From contig JAQGDQ010000014.1 in NCBI GenBank assembly GCA_030141605.1, forward strand, positions 868,001 through 932,000: DNA of 64,000 nt. Direction: 5' to 3'. The DNA is from Tubiluchus corallicola. Lineage: Eukaryota; Animalia; Priapulida. Of the stretch, positions 1-11,888 are shown piece after piece. The position numbers and the translations under genes were made by a program. The notes below the pieces were generated by a model. The model saw only the letters and a program-made list of their open reading frames with translations, searched no databases and was not told the origin of the DNA. Numbering within the stretch: the first letter of the stretch is position 1; the number at the start of each line of letters is the position of its first letter.

Positions 1-419
1 TGTGCATTAGGGTCTTTCAATCGTCTGCTGTGTTATCTGTATTTGCAAATTTGTCTGTTTATTAATACATCTTGTAACAAGATTGTGCCATAAATTTCTT
101 GCTAATTGATAAAATTAGTCACCATCATCATTGTCACTGATTGTCATTGTTAATTGTCACTGATCTCCATGAATAGCATTAAACTATTATGACACAAACC
201 TGCAATTAATTAAAGTTTAAATATACTAAACTTGAAAAACAGGAAATGTTAAACAGTTTGTGTACAGCCTGGTTTGAACTAGGAATCTTACTGCTAATAT
301 GACAGACATCTTAGACTACTACACCATGGATCAAAGCCAGCCAAAGTTCATCCCTTATAGCTGGCCAAGAAAATTCAGCATTTTGAATGTTAGATCATTC
401 ATACTAAAGTGATTTTAAA

Positions 420-1680
420 CTTCTTCTTCAGTTGCTCTAAATATCTATTGTAGACATAGATCCTCTACCCTTTATTAGAGCACCTCACTGTTTCCTGTCT
501 GCAGCTAAAATTTTCAATTCCTGTGATGCTATTGTTACGTTTGGTTCCAGCTGTTGTAAATCTTTATTAATTCTTGATATCCAGGTTGTTTTTGGTTTGC
601 CTGGAGGTCATTTAGTAGGTTTCAGTGCTTCGTTTAATGCTAACCTTACTGATGTTGTTTCTGGCAGTCTCATTATATTTCCTACCCATCTTAGTCTTCT
701 GATTCTGATTTTTGTGCTTCAGTGTTCGTCTTTGGTTCTGTTGCACAGCTGCTCATTTGAAATGACATATGACCATTTTATTTTTAAGATTTTTCCGAGT
801 AGGCCTCTGTGAAATACATTTTTATTTTTGCTTCCTGAGTTGCAGTTAAGCCCCACATTTCACTGTTGTACCTGAAGATACTAGTTACATATGCATTAAA
901 GAGTTACATCCTTGTTTTGAGAGATAGTTTCTCTAATTCTGCCACTAGTAGCAGAATTATTGGCCTTAAGTTCTCTACTGGTCCTTTTCCTTGTTCGGTT
1001 TTTGGAATTGGTACTAGAACTCCTTCCTTAACCTCTTTTGGATAATTTCCCGTTTTTGCAACATCATTTAACAAGTTAGCAATTCCTGTGCTTACTAACC
1101 TGGGTCCCTATTTTAATTGTTCAGCTACTAAATTATCAATGCTAGGACTTGTGCCGTCCTTTAGAGATTTTATTCCATAATATATTTCTTCTTCGTTAAA
1201 AGGTGGTTCCACATCTACGGGCTCCAAATCAGGTAGAGTTTTCGAGTTAGCAATATTAAAGGATTTTTCAAAGAACTTAGTAATTAATTCTGCTGCTTCT
1301 GTTTCACCAGTTGTAAGTCCTTTTGCAGTTTCTACAATTATTTTTCTTTCAATTTATTTCTGTTTATGTTCCCAACAGCTTTAAACATCCGAGGGAGTCT
1401 TCTTTACTTTTTTCTATATCCTTAATACTTTTTAGCAGTCTTTCTTCTTCAATTTGTTTAATAGTTTTCGTTAGTTCTTGCATCTTTTTATTCCTTTTTA
1501 TTTGTAACTCTTTTCTCATACTGAAGTCTGTGTTTGCGTTATTATTTAGCCTGATTTCTTTTTGCTCCAAGGACAACTGTTCAACTCTTGGATCACTGAT
1601 TTTTTGATTTGTGGGTCTTATTAAACTAATTAGATTAATTTGTTTACTTTAATTAATTTTAAGCACTGCTGGACATTGTG
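420..1680 (-). mobile_element. Decayed non-LTR retrotransposon (RTE-like LINE) with RT core deleted
   Basis: The minus strand reads PFNEEEIYYGIKSLKDGTSPSIDNLVAEQLK*G...GNYPKEVKEGVLVPIPKP/ENLRPI (start of RT region). It then jumps to RM*LFNAYVTSIFRYNSEMW...RRLRWVGNIMRL...PPGKPKTTW (RTE-type C-terminus). Contains stops and frameshifts, and ends in a short (GAA)n tail near 420-430. Confidence 0.8.
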
Positions 1681-2254
1681 GATTGCACTGCCATTAAAAA
1701 ATATTGATATAATTGTTATAAAATTTAAGTGTTAAACTATGTTATTCATGTTCATTCCATAGCCATTTGATTGGAAATATAATTACACCTATAATAAATG
1801 TTGACATTATAAATTTCTACTCTTTAGTTGCCATCTTCTCAGTTAACAACAACAAAATTTAGCAACCTGGTTGGATACTATGGTACAAACTCTCTGTCTA
1901 ATTAAGCCTATGCCAATCTGAGCCTCTGATTGAAGTACTGCTTATAGTAATTGATCATAATGGCAACATGGCTGAAATGCAGATTGAGTGCTGCATGGTA
2001 ATCTAAGTGCATTTTATCAATTTGTTGTCGTAACTTTTGTTTAGGTTTTTTGGATGTTAATTTGAAGTCTCAGTCTGCATGTAACACAGCATCGCTACAG
2101 TTTCTACTGTTTGCTTATTTTGTAAATTAATTACGTATGCTATTGTGGAATTTAGATGAGATAGAGGGCTTTGCTGTTTGATGACAGATGCACCCGTCGT
2201 TTTTCTGATTTTAGTTTCAATTTCAATATTTCTTGATGTTTTTTATTACTGCAG

Positions 2255-5200
2255 AATTCAAAAAGAGGAACAGTTGAGAAAGGAAGCTGAAGAGGCTGCT
2301 CGTAAAAAGGAGGCACAATGCTTGCGTGAAGAGGAATTCCGTCGACAAGAAGCAGAGAAAGCAGAAAAGGAAGAGGCAGAGAAAGCTAAACATTTGAAAG
2401 AAGAAGAAGAACGGTTAGCCGAGGAAGCAAGACAGGTGTGCAGAATATGCTTTAAGATAATTAACTGTCGTGATTGTGAAAATGAATGCGAAAATACAAA
2501 AGGCACAAATTAATGATTTCTTCATTGTCTGTTTAGAAAATGCTGGTGGAAATGAAAGCTAGACAACTGCAAGAACAGCTGGAACAAGAATTGGAGGAAA
2601 GAACAAAGAGAGAGGAAGAAGAGCGAAACGAACGAAAACAACGACTTGCTGCGATTATGAGTCGGACGAGGAAAAACGTAAAACCTTTCAAAATTAATTT
2701 TTTCGAGACATGTTTTGAAATAGTAATAACAAAAAAGAGAAAGAAAATATGTTTGACGAGTTTAATGATGCAGGTTTTTTAACGTTTGCCAGCTTTGAAT
2801 GAAACACAGCACTTTACTCCTCGGGAGTTTTTTTAGGGCAAAGGATGGTTACACAGAGAAATTAGTGAGCGTATACGCAGCTAGTAATTAAGGTACAACA
2901 TTAGATAAAACAATATAGTTACACAGCTCATATTCTTTTGAACAAGCATGCACGTCGTGTAATATTTTTGTTGAAGCAACTGCTTAACTCAGTGACACCG
3001 ATTTATCATAATAAAACATTGCAATCGTTTTAAAGTGGCTAGGAGCCAGTCCAGCTGAAGAATTAACACCATATTTTGTACTTGTAAGACTTCATGGAAG
3101 AAGGTCATTCCAACTTCTTACTAACAGTGCACACTAATGCAAGGGCAAATTTGTCAATAACCTCCAGTCTGACACCAAATGCTAATTTATTATATTATAT
3201 ATGTCTATAATCCTTTGGCCATAAGGTTTGTAAAAAAATTTGTAGACATTTTTTCAACACCATTTCATTTCATTTGTTGGTCATTACAGGTACTATAAGT
3301 ACAGTTTGTCGGATGATGAACATACCTTGTGTTACAGCTCCAGTGTCGGCATTCTCGGTGATTTAAATATCAAATGAAAGGTCTTGACCACCTGTCTTCT
3401 CATTGATGGCTTATTTTCCGAATCAAGGCTAACAGGAGTGACTGTATGGAGAGAAAAAATGGCAAAATGAGTTTCTTTTGTCCGTTTTTCTCTCTGTTTT
3501 TTTACTACTTAGTTTAAGAGAACGATAATGCACCGAGGAGCAAGTCTAAAATGGTTGGATAGTTACTACATAGTGTGTAGTAAACATAGTTTGTAATAGC
3601 CAAGTCTTCTCACAATCATGGTTTTCCGAAACCCAGCCACTCAAATTTTACGAAAAACTACAAAAGCGGCCTCCAGAAAAATATCTTTGAAAGTGTTTGA
3701 GCGTACCTTGGAAGAAATAAACAAATCCAGAAAATGAGGGGGAACAGTCAACAAGATGTGAACTGTTTGTTTACAGAAGTATTCATCATTCAGTAGGAAA
3801 TGGAAGGGGTGTACTGCAAACATCTTTTTCAACCCCTAGTTCTGCATGCTGTCTGGAACACGAATTGGCTTTCACAAATTTCTTAGCTCTTCCCAGCATT
3901 GTCATGTTAAAGTGTGGAAAAAAGAGTTGACTTACACTAAGTAGAATGTTCTTGCTTTAATAGCTAAAAATTTACTTATGAGCAAAATCAATTGCTAGAA
4001 GAATTTCAGAAGAAAGTTACAGAAAACTGCTCGAATATTACTTTTTATGGAGTGACCATAAATGACCTTAAATGTTACCAGAAAAACGTCCACCAAACTT
4101 TTTTAGAACATTTATGGTACAAGGAGTATGAATTCGCAAAGTGTGGAAAATTATACAGCCTGTGCCAGATTTTAACAATTACCCCCTATTAAATATTGAA
4201 CAATATTTTAATGCTTGAAAATTGTGATTTGCATTGTAAAAAATCAATTAAGCAATTTGGCACCAAAATGGTTGAAATTTAGTGAACAACTTAACTTATA
4301 CCAAATAATAAATTACTTATTTTTCAGAAATTGTTGAATTATTTTGGAAACTGACGTGACTCCATCAGTCAGTCTGTATTACTCAGCAAATTTGTTCATT
4401 AACACCTGTGATGTGCCTACTAGTATTTTGTTTCTTCATGTCAGTGAAATGTAGTGACATCCAAATATTTTGAACTTCAGGAGGAGATGAGTGCTGAAGG
4501 AATAGCTGAAATGCGTTCTCGTTCGCCTGAACTTGAGATGACGGAATCTTTAATGACGGACAGCATCATGACAGAGAGTGTCATTGGTGAGGCAGCAAGG
4601 TTATTGATTTCACAAGGTAAGCTGTCTGTATGTTATTGAATAACTAAATAACTAAATTACTAACTAATTTTGTAAACTTTATTACATCTGCAGGTCATCT
4701 GCACTTTGCACAATACTGAACAACTATTAAGTACTGATTAGTTTTCTAATAATTGACAGTATTCGTTTTGGGACATTTAGACTTACCTGCAGATTCAAGA
4801 CGACTCATTTTAAAAAAAATTATTAGTGGTCTTTTGTGAACGTATTTTTGATTTAGCAATGTCTTGTACTGATCAATAACTATTTTTGAATCAAATAAGG
4901 TATTATAATGCAATTGAGCCACTTTATCATTTTAGTGAGATTAACTTTCGTTTTAGGTGATGAAGAAATTGCAATAACTTCAGAAGATCCAACTGTTGCA
5001 CTGGCTGCTGAAAAGGCCAAAAAAGAATCTCAAATGATCTCTGTTGAACGCGCATCAGTAGAGGAGGAAACTGAACTTGATTCAGAACATGAGAAGTCTT
5101 ATCTTGAACATATGGAAAAAGACGGAAAGAAACCTCTTGACATTACTGAGTTTTCTACAAAAGTGGAAGAGGTAAAAGAACCGGAAGAGAAAATAGATCA

Positions 5201-8200
5201 TGAACGGCTAGTGACAGAGGTATTTGACCGCACAGATTATACAGACGCGAACATAACTAATGTGCCTGAAGAACGGCCAGCTGAGGAAACGCACACTCAT
5301 GTCTCTGAAGGTGAAAATGAGATAGAACCTGAGATTGTAAGAGTGATGAGTAATGATCAGGAAAAGCTTGACATTGATTCTTCTGATATTCCACCAATGG
5401 AGGAATTGGTTACACAGAGGCGCTATTTTGAATCCCCAATGTCAGTTTCAGAGGAGGAGTCTGATAAAGAGAAGATGTCCTCATCTTCAAGCGATCGTGG
5501 TGAGCTAGAATACAAGCGACCTGTAAGTTCGTCTTCAACTTCAAGTGGTACACCACCTACTGATGAAGATCAGGCTAACAGAATAGCTGCACATGCAGAA
5601 GACGTTCATCCTATACCGCATTCATTGCAACCAGAAATGAGTCAGTCAGCAGGTCAGCCATATGAAGAAGAATTTAGGGTTAATTTGAGTCACGAACACC
5701 TTGTTTGTGATGACGATAATCTAGTCAAAGAAACTAAAGAAACAGAAGATGAAAAAAGTGTACTAATTGAAACAGAGCAAATAGATGTTAAAAGAAATGA
5801 GTTTGTTGAATATGTGACTGAACCAAAAAAGGAAGTATTAAAACATGGAATAGAAAAAGAAGGCATTGGTTTGGAGGATGTAGAAAGAATGCCTACAACC
5901 ATCAAGCGAGAAATAGCAGAATCTGACACAGAAATGGAACTTAAGCATGCAATACATGAGTCAGAGACAAGTGATAAAGTTGTCTTAACTGTTGCAGAGA
6001 AAGAAGAGGAATTCAAGGAAAAGAATGAAGACAAAGCATTAGTGAGAGAGGAGGCCATTTCAGACAGTCACCTGGAAGAACAACCTATAATGGCAGGCAG
6101 AGCCGACTCTGGAGCAAGCTCTCCTTTGTGGGGAGGAGGTGAGAAAGTGGCAACACCTGATGAAGATTTTCCATCCGTTGACAAAGATATGACATTTGAA
6201 CAACATGAAATTATTGAGCAGGAACTGAAGCTACCGATTTCCTTAAGTTTTGCTACAAGTGATGCTGGTGAAACAGAACAAGTGACTATTAAAATCTCTT
6301 CTGAAGTGATTCCTGAGTTAAATAAAACTGCTGAAAGTATTTCAGAATCTGGGCTTGATGTACCTGAAATTGATACTGTACAAGGCTCAACTGCTGACAG
6401 TGATTCACTAGAAGCACAAGACGAACTTAAGTGTTTATCTTCTGTTGCAGATGCAGTGCTAGAAACAGACGACATTACTATTAATATCACTTCCTTAACA
6501 GATAAAGACACTTTGGCATCACAACAAGAATATACCAAAGAACCTGGTAGAAAAGAAAGCACTTCGTATATAGAGCAAAGTGTGGAAATGTGTCCAGAAA
6601 ATAGACCGAGTCCTGAAATTCCCATTATTTACTCTACAGACATAACCCCGGAAGCTGAACAGATAGCTGTTAAGAGGCAATCTACTGAGACCTCGCCCCA
6701 ACAAGAATCAGATGATGATTTCGAGGATGAAGTAGAAGAAGAAATCGAGAGAGTCGATGTGCCAACATCGCCTGAAGAAGAAGTAGAAGATGATGATAGG
6801 CCACATGCACCAATACCTCCTGGAGAAGGAGAAGAGGAAAGACAGGAAGTGTCAGTTCCTCCAACACCCTTAGCAGATGATTCATCTTCTATTCAGTCAC
6901 CATTTTTTATGATGTCTATTGTAGAAGAAACCGTCAAGCATAGTGAATGTACTTCTATAAATGCAGAAGATAAAGCTTCCGAACAAGACATCTACAAAGA
7001 GGCAGTATCAATTTCAGATGAAAATGAAGCAGCTGTTTTACTAGAAGTAGAGGAAAATCGTGAATATGAGGATCAGACTACTTATTTGCAAGAATGCGTT
7101 GATGTTAAAGAAGAGAGTCAAAGAAGCTGCAATGACAAACCTTTACCAGGTATGGATTCTACTGTTGAACTAGCTGAAACACATCTGCTAAGAGATCTTG
7201 TGCATGGTGATAGGGTAAGTGAAGCTAATGGTAAGGCTTATGGTGGTAACATGACAGCATTGTGTAAGGATTCACCAATGCCACCACCTGTCATACATAT
7301 TAAAACAAATGTTTCCGATGATGCAGATGAACAATTTAAAGCTACAAATGGCCAAAACGTTATGACTTGGAGCGAACCAGTAGCCAAAGCCTCCTCTGAA
7401 GAGGAATTAGAAAATGTCATTGTAACTATTGAAAATTTGGACATGCTAAGATATAGGGATGATGTTCAGGACGAAATGTATCGAGAATCATTTGTGAGTA
7501 GCACCAATGACTCTTTAAGGGAAAGTGTACTTGTTCAGCCTATAGATTCTGGAATTCAAGAAGAAAACTCTGTTACACTACATGACACTGAATCATTAAC
7601 AGATGATAAAACATCTAATGGTGAGGTAGATGGTAATAACAAGCTTGATGCATCTGGTTATTCAGTTGATGATGCTGTTCTTGCATTGTATGAGCACAAA
7701 GATGAAGACACTCCTGTCTACAGGTTGGAAGTTGATTCTGGAAGTGGTGGTAGCCTTACTCCTGAACCAAACACAGACACCGAAAACGAACTTTCTAGCT
7801 CGGAAAGTCCCGAAGTTTCTGGTGAAAGTTATGAGTTCTCTCCTAGAGAGGAAGTTTGTGATATCGTTCCAAAACGGCAAGTTGATATAGTAGAAGAGGA
7901 TGAAGATGAACAAGACCAACCTAGGGGTGCCTATGAAAACGGGGTTGCAAGTGATGTTCATGTAAAATTCCAAGATGAGGTGGAAGATGCACCAAAAAGG
8001 TTGAGCAATATTGCTGAGGACAGTTTTGTTGATGGTAACCAAATGATTGCACCCTATAAGCACAGTTCTGAAAAGCCTAGTTCTCCTAGAGATGGTTCAG
8101 ATTCATCCAGAAGCTCACAGGAGGAACCAGAATCTCTCATTCATTGCACACCGGATAATGGCACTTGGCCCCACTCACCTTCAACAATGATGTCATCATC

Positions 8201-9588
8201 TCTGTATGCTCCAGATACGATGATGTCATCAATCTATGATCATGGTGATACTGCAGGAATTGGCGATAGCGTCTATTCTAGTTTGGTAAAAGGTGACGGA
8301 GGTGATATGATGATATCTATGACAACTTCGGTTTATGGCATTCGCCTTGATGACGGGGATGATGTTTCACAGACAGACCAAGGTACTACATTTGGATGAA
8401 TGTCCATTGTACAAATTAATATTTTCAGCTGTAATCAGAAATAAAATTCAAGTTTGTCTACCTTTTAGTACTAAAAATAAAAGATATATTTAGAATTTAA
8501 ATGGCCAGGTACATACTTAAAAACAAAATTTTACATATTTACCAATATCTGTGAGTGTGTTTAACTGAATGAGTTTTAATGTGGTTTTTCACATAACCAC
8601 ATTTGTTTAGTTAAGTGTAAACATTCGTATACTCTTCGATATTTGTTTATTTCACGTTGCAAATTTTTGTCTAGATTCTGCAATGACCACTAGTATGTAT
8701 GACTCGGGTATCCAAGGTCAAGACGGTGTGAATGCTAACGTGGTATATGGACAACATGAAACTGGAATGTAAGTTTTAAGCATTGTGCTTTAAGAGACAT
8801 ATAACTGAGTGGTCATAGCATGTGCTTGGCTATGAAAGTTATAAGCAAACAGTACTTTTTTAGATCACTATTCACTTGGGGACATATGATCTAAAATTTT
8901 ACTACTTGTAACAACTGCCAAAATGTTTCTGATAAATAATTATTAGCTTTTAAATTTAATTAACAAATTTAGTTATCAATGACATCGCTGCTGGAAAAAA
9001 TTTTTAATGTGAAAATCTATTGCAATCTTCTGTTCATCTTCCACATATCTGCGAAAGCAAAAATAAAAAAATTGCAATGCAGGGTCTGGGTGACCTTGAC
9101 CATAAAATGAATAAACTCGGGTATAATTTGAATTAATAATTTCAAAGTTAATTGCCAGGTTAATGCCTGATTTCATTAATATTATGGTACATTTGCATAT
9201 CTGTATTTTAGATCTGAATCAGCTGATTACAACAGAAATCCACTGATTGATCAAACCGTCAGCCATGGTGAAAATGAAATGCAACTACAAAACAAATCTT
9301 TCAAAAGCAATCTAGATAGTGAAGAGCAATACAGTGATAAACGAAACCTTGGTGATGCTTCGACGGCTGAAGCTGGTTTGCGTTCTTATGAAGTGATGCC
9401 AGCTCACAAAGACTGTGGTGATTTTGAATCCATGATTTCTATATCAACAGAAGATGCCAATAAAAATGCTCCATCTACTGGAACATGTGGTGCAGTAGGT
9501 ATCAAAGATGATCTAATAAATGGGAACGACAATCGGGAAGAGTCGGATTTAGCTCGATGTCCCATGACACAGTTTGATGCAGAACAAG
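2255..9588 (+). CDS. MAP7: MAP7/ensconsin-like microtubule-associated protein, 3' portion (5' exons outside window, last exon not resolved)
   Basis: Exons 2255-2435, 2537-2677, 4481-4616, 4957-8382, 8675-8768 and 9212-9588 have AG/GT ends and compatible phases. An E/R/K-rich helix ends in ERKQRLAAIMSRTRK, matching the MAP7-domain motif ERKKRLEEIMKRTRK. The terminal exon may lie near 12471-12600, but several acceptors are possible. Confidence 0.75.
4957..8382 (+). CDS. Giant acidic, low-complexity exon (3426 nt, 1142 codons) of the MAP7-like gene
   Basis: Lies within ORF 4908-8399. Acceptor ttttag at 4951-4956 and donor CAAG|gtac at 8382/8383. Phase 1 at both ends. E/D/S-rich with no recognisable folded domain. 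Confidence 0.85.
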
Positions 9589-9979
9589 GTAATAATATGT
9601 ACTTGTCAATTTCCTAGTCAGTATCAAACTGTTTTCTTTATTTTCTTCATTACTTCATTTTCTAAGAAAATTATAATGGTATTCTGACGGGATATACCAC
9701 ATAGGTAAGTATAACAACCGTTTTGGTTTTGATGGTGTCCTGCCTTGGCAGCAAAGAGCTAGTATTTCCATGCCATCTTGAACTTGGCTGTTCTCCAATG
9801 GTTTTTCAAGCATTTACTAGATTTTAATTGATTTGCTTGAGTTCTGATCTTAGATCGGACAAATGCCTTACAGTAAAATTAGAAACCAGTGGGATACCTG
9901 TGCCAGGCTAGTAATTTCATTCTGAAGCTAAATTCTGTTTTTTTGTGTCGACCATTCAGTCTTGCACGGAATATTATGT

Positions 9980-10183
9980 CGCGTTTGAACTAGAGAATTC
10001 TCTCGCAGCTTACTGCGCAACTTCTCTCTGAGAGTGTCAACATTGTGCATGAACTCTTAGCAACTCTCACTGAGTTTGCAATAAGTTGCTATTGAAGTTA
10101 CTAAGCCGTTTACACTTGCGAGTTTACTCTCAGAGTCAACTTGTGCAATAAGTTGTGAGTGAACACTCTCTAGTCTGAATGCG
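9980..10183. repeat. Palindromic (foldback) MITE-like element
   Basis: gcgtttgaactagagaattctctcgcagctta...ctctgagagt is an imperfect reverse complement of actctcagag...aacactctctagtctgaatgc. Confidence 0.55.
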
Positions 10184-10444
10184 CACCGTAACAGATTGCA
10201 GAACTGTGCTGTCATTCTGTTTGAGGTTAAGTTAAGTTTGTCGTCCTTTGCTTAGTAATTGGTCTATTGCTACGTAAAGCCTTTTTTATCATTACTTCGA
10301 TGGATAAATCAATAGTTCGTAAAGGCCACTAGGAATGCCATAAATTGACAAGTTTCACCCTTTTTATATGAATATTGCACCACTTCTCTAATCCACCAAC
10401 AACCAGAACACGAAAGGCAACTCATTGTTGCTACGCATAAAAAG

Positions 10445-10818
10445 TGGTGGTGGGACCGATTAATCAGTTATAATCAAGGAGAATTTTTATATCCGATTAT
10501 CGGTTATTTTTTCGCTGCCAATGCAAAGCGAATTAAATCACCAATACTATTCTCAACTTGTTTTTTAAAAAAATCACAAAAATCACAGGATAAGCATATA
10601 CTCTGAAATGTGCAGCTGAAATGCATTAAATTCAAGTAATATGACACTATGTTTGCACAGTGACTAAGCGTGCTGGCATTGCTGATTAGACGCAAAGGTT
10701 TTTTCATGAGTATTTAGATGTGCCTGTTTTCTTGCAAAATAGCTGTAACCATCTGATAATCTTTTATCGAATGGGTTTCATATCTGATTATGAAAATGTA
10801 ACCATTGTCCCACCACTA
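10445..10818. mobile_element. hAT-like MITE
   Basis: Termini tggtggtgggac / gtcccaccacta. Degenerate 8-bp flanks ataaaaag / acaaaaat. Confidence 0.5.
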
Positions 10819-11086
10819 ACAAAAATTACCAATTCATAGACTCTTGATCTATAGCTGATAGCTGATTAAAAATGCCAGACTTGCTAAAAAATCCTGCCAT
10901 TGATTTATGTCTGTCAATGATTTTAAATGTTGCCTGACTTGCCTTGCCTTAGTTATTGTTTTAATCACTGATAATTAGGTCTGACGTGGGTTTTAAAATC
11001 AGAAATATTACTTTCAGTACTTTATCGAAAACAGTGAACAACTTGCATTACTAAACTAAATGCCTTGCAAAACAATTATTTGCCTA

Positions 11087-11185
11087 AAGTTTACAATTTC
11101 CCATACACAAGAAATTAGTTCGTGAAGCAGATTAGGGTTAGGGTTGGGTTTAGGGTATTTAAATTATGTGGGGAATTGTAAACTT
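11087..11185. repeat. Short TIR element enclosing telomere-like TTAGGG repeats
   Basis: aagtttacaatttcccata ... ttagggttagggttgggtttaggg ... tgtggggaattgtaaactt. Confidence 0.55.
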
Positions 11186-11519
11186 CTTCCCAAAATTTTA
11201 ATAGAATGTAAGAGATTTCATTTAATCTTTACGCAAAATATTAGATATATAGTTCGCTTTTCTCACAACTACTGACATTAAGTTTGCATTTTAAGAAAAC
11301 TTGGATGGAAAGCTGTAACCAGAATACGTAAATCTACCTCGATCAATATAGCTTCTTAGCTGCTTGCTGTGCTGTAAGTTTTAAATGGAGAACTGTTTCA
11401 ATGACATTTGAATGTTGGTGTATGTTCGTGTGTATTTGTGACTTTGCAATGTGTATGTGTACATTGTAATGTCACGCTGGCACAATTTGTCATGTGCACG
11501 ATTTTTGTTTAAGAGAGGC

Positions 11520-11888
11520 TTAGGGCGATCCTGTGACGCAACATAATTGAGAGCAACTGGTGGCATACGGTCACCGCTAGTTCCAAGTATATCCAGTCGA
11601 CATAAATAAGCTTACAATGCAACTCAGTACCGGCGAGTTGCTCATGTTTTACTCGTGACATACAGTATCCACCCAGTTTTAACCTGAACATTGTTCGACA
11701 ATGATTGTGATTTCGTCTTGTGGTATGGTCAGAGATTTTGTCATTCGTTTACACTCACTCATTTTGATCTGAGCAGTTTTGCAACTGGTATCTTCCTAGT
11801 TGCTGGAAATCAGTCGCAGTCGACCAGAGCATACCTATGACTGTGTCCTGTCAGTTGAGGCAAATTGTGTCGCATCGCAGGCTTTAAG
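11520..11888. mobile_element. Interspersed repeat/MITE; second, internally deleted copy at ~23420-23640
   Basis: Blocks actggtggcatacgg..gctagttcc(a/g)agtatatccag and tagttgctggaaatca..cgcagtcgacca..ttgaggcaaattg..atcgcagg occur at both loci. Confidence 0.65.

Noticed and set aside
265-332. tRNA gene on minus strand (A-box/B-box-like tggtgtagtag ... gttcaaacc)
   Set aside because: Stems do not pair into a cloverleaf. At most a decayed tRNA-derived SINE head.
5690-8063. Antisense ORFs (122, 185, 133 aa etc.) over the giant exon
   Set aside because: Ser/Leu/Phe-rich shadows of an acidic sense-strand ORF with no independent motifs.
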